A stretch of DNA of 64,000 bases from Planctomycetota bacterium (GTDB lineage: Bacteria; Planctomycetota; UBA1135; JACQFD01), in the NCBI GenBank assembly GCA_046160785.1, contig JBJXHE010000017.1:8038-72037 (forward strand), read 5' to 3'. Every line of letters begins with the position of its first letter. The stretch's first letter is position 1. The notes under the pieces were generated by a model. That model had not been told where the DNA came from, made no database searches, and worked only from the letters and a program-made list of their open reading frames with translations. A program made the translations under genes and the position numbers. Shown piece after piece: positions 62,073-64,000 of this stretch.

Positions 62073-63482
62073 ATGACCGCTCCGCCCAACAAAAAAACAA
62101 CTCGCGTTAGTCTTGTCCATCTTGGTTGCGCCAAAAACCAGGTCGACTCGGAAGTATTGTTAGGTCGCCTCGCCAGCGACGGCGCTGTTATTTGTAATGA
62201 TGTCGCCGATTCTGAGGTTGCCGTTTTAAACACTTGTGCGTTCATCGGCCCGGCTCGCGAAGAGTCGATGTCGGCGATCCGAGAATTAGTTAACAAAAAA
62301 CGCGCGGGCGAATTGCGCGGCGTGATCGTCGCGGGATGCTTAACACAACTATTCCGCCCCGACTTGGAAGCCGATCCCGAGCTCGCTGACGTTGACGCAT
62401 TTATAGGTTTGAGCGACTACACCGGAATTTCGGAGGTCGTACGCGCAATCGACGACGGCCGCAACGCGCGTGCGCTGACAGGCGGTGCCGTTCGCGGTTT
62501 ACCGATCGACACGGTTCGATTGTTAACAGGTCCCGCGTCTTTTGCATATTTAAGAATCTCGGAAGGCTGCGACCACGATTGCGCCTTTTGTATCATTCCG
62601 CGGATTCGCGGAAAACACCGCAGCAAATCATTACAACAATTACGCTCCGAGACGGAGGCGCTCGCGGCGCAGGGCGTTCGCGAAATTGTTATGGTTGCCG
62701 AAGACTCGACGTGGTTTGGTCGCGACACCGACGGACCGCAGCGCCTGCCCGATGCAATACAAACAATCGCGGACGTGCCCGGAATTCGATGGGTGCGCGC
62801 CATGTACGCGTATCCGAACGGGCTTCCGAAGGGATTAACTACAGTTCTGCGCGATCACGAAAACGTCGTCGAATATTTAGATATTCCAATTCAACACATC
62901 GCGGGAAATGTATTAAAAGCGATGCGTCGCGCGTCGTCGGGCGATCGCGTGCGTGAAACATTAAATATGTTGCGCGCGGAAGTGCCGGGCATCGCGCTCC
63001 GCACGACGGTTATTGTTGGTTTTCCCGGAGAGACCGAAGCCGATTTTATTGAATTGCTCGAATTTGTTAGATCATTCCGGTTCGAGCGGCTCGGCGCGTT
63101 TCGCTACTCGCCCGAGAAGAATACGGCCGCGAACGCGCTCGCGGGCGCCGTTCCGCCCGAGGAAATCGAAAAACGTTATGATTCGATCATGCGCGCGCAG
63201 CGCGAAATTGTTATCGAACGTAACAAATCGCTGATCGGTAAAGAACTCGAAATATTAATTGATTCGGTTGACGCGCGCGGAACCGCGACGGGGCGCACGC
63301 GAGCCGACGCGCCCGAGATTGATTGTAGTATTCGCTTAATTGGCAAAGGATTTCCCGGGCAAATTCTCGACGCAAAAGTGCTGTCGATTGAAAACGACGG
63401 TTATGACTTAGTCGTGAAACCTATCAAAAACACCGTTGCGCGCCGCGGGCCTGCCGGCGGATCCGCGAAGCTTCAATGTTAA
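62073..63482 (+). CDS. rimO: Ribosomal protein S12 methylthiotransferase
   Basis: The UPF0004 N-domain is VSLVHLGCAKNQVDSE. The radical-SAM motif is CDHDCAFC. A TRAM-like C-terminus is present. The protein is 469 aa. Confidence 0.9.
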   Translation: MTAPPNKKTTRVSLVHLGCAKNQVDSEVLLGRLASDGAVICNDVADSEVAVLNTCAFIGPAREESMSAIRELVNKKRAGELRGVIVAGCLTQLFRPDLEADPELADVDAFIGLSDYTGISEVVRAIDDGRNARALTGGAVRGLPIDTVRLLTGPASFAYLRISEGCDHDCAFCIIPRIRGKHRSKSLQQLRSETEALAAQGVREIVMVAEDSTWFGRDTDGPQRLPDAIQTIADVPGIRWVRAMYAYPNGLPKGLTTVLRDHENVVEYLDIPIQHIAGNVLKAMRRASSGDRVRETLNMLRAEVPGIALRTTVIVGFPGETEADFIELLEFVRSFRFERLGAFRYSPEKNTAANALAGAVPPEEIEKRYDSIMRAQREIVIERNKSLIGKELEILIDSVDARGTATGRTRADAPEIDCSIRLIGKGFPGQILDAKVLSIENDGYDLVVKPIKNTVARRGPAGGSAKLQC

Positions 63483-64000
63483 AGACTGTTGCCGACTGGA
63501 TCACGGCGGCTCGATTTATATTATCGATTGTTTTATTCTATTTCCTTTGGGCGGCAGAAGTAACAAATCCGGCGGAACGCTCGGCGATTGCGTGGACGTG
63601 TTTTGTATTATTCGTCGTCGCGGCGATCACGGATCTGCTCGACGGCGCCGTCGCGCGCGCGACGAAATTGAGCGAGTTCGGCAGAGTCGCTGATCCGTTT
63701 GTAGATAAAGTTCTGGTCGTCGGAACGTTAGTATTCCTTGCTGCAATTCCCGAAACGAGAAAATATATACAAACGTGGGCTGTGGTTACGATTGTCGCGC
63801 GCGAGTTTTTTGTAACCGGCGTGCGCGGATTCGCCGAAGCGAAGGGAATGGCGTTTCCGGCCGACGCGTTTGGAAAGCTAAAGATGGTTTTGCAATGCAT
63901 GTCGGCGGGCGGCGGATTGTTATGTTTGGCAGGCGCGGGCGCGAAAGGCGACGGCGGAATTATCAGTATATTCTGGGAATACGTGCCCGAGATCACCGTC
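63476..64000 (+). CDS. pgsA: CDP-diacylglycerol--glycerol-3-phosphate 3-phosphatidyltransferase, 3' end outside window
   Basis: The ATG overlaps the rimO stop. The CDP-alcohol phosphatidyltransferase motif is DLLDGAVARATKLSEFGRVADPFVDK. The frame is open to nt 64000. It is absent from the ORF track because it has no stop in the window. Confidence 0.85.
   Translation, partial: MLKTVADWITAARFILSIVLFYFLWAAEVTNPAERSAIAWTCFVLFVVAAITDLLDGAVARATKLSEFGRVADPFVDKVLVVGTLVFLAAIPETRKYIQTWAVVTIVAREFFVTGVRGFAEAKGMAFPADAFGKLKMVLQCMSAGGGLLCLAGAGAKGDGGIISIFWEYVPEITV

Overview
This is a chromosomal window with about 55 protein genes and 1 tRNA, from a flagellated Gram-negative bacterium. A 1122-aa beta-propeller/HEAT/CxxCH protein has an architecture I know only from Planctomycetes and Verrucomicrobia, so I infer the PVC superphylum. 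This is not proven.

Most of the window is core metabolism and envelope:
- an FtsX-type permease paired with an AttH-like protein
- an M28 peptidase and two tandem VIT-VWA secreted paralogs
- a split methylmalonyl-CoA mutase large subunit
- tRNA-Val(CAC), etfBA, lptB and lepA-lepB
- a 1238-aa GltD/NfnB-like plus PyrK/NfnA-like fusion oxidoreductase, then arfB
- a 4-gene TPP-enzyme / FemAB-like / ATP-grasp / methyltransferase operon
- lpxD, motAB and an M1 peptidase
- a flagellar block fliOPQR-flhBAFG-orf-fliA
- hldD, a motor-less FtsK-like protein, rimO and pgsA (cut by the window end)

I recognised no rRNA, CRISPR array, transposase, integrase, reverse transcriptase or phage gene.

Five signals are not explained by ordinary annotation:
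1. A visibly AT-richer orphan 6-TM protein gene (40159-40929) is insulated by terminator hairpins. It is bracketed by inverted copies of a ~125-nt structured element (39972-40098 and 41028-41151). The two copies share two exact 29-nt blocks, but their stems differ in sequence in a compensatory way.
2. A 465-bp imperfect palindrome (10868-11332) sits next to an orphan 790-aa secreted protein.
3. The 3' end of tRNA-Val is duplicated, with 15-bp tandem repeats beside it. An imperfect 21/22-bp direct repeat brackets a ~3.07-kb islet (10811-13881).
4. A G8/C8 tract lies in the 16-nt spacer of a sigma70-like promoter. That promoter faces a 4-gene envelope operon (three lipoproteins) wedged between fliA and a FlgM-like gene.
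5. An FtsK-like protein has the 4TM and gamma domains but no motor.

All functional calls come from motifs read by eye. No database search or numerical computation was run.
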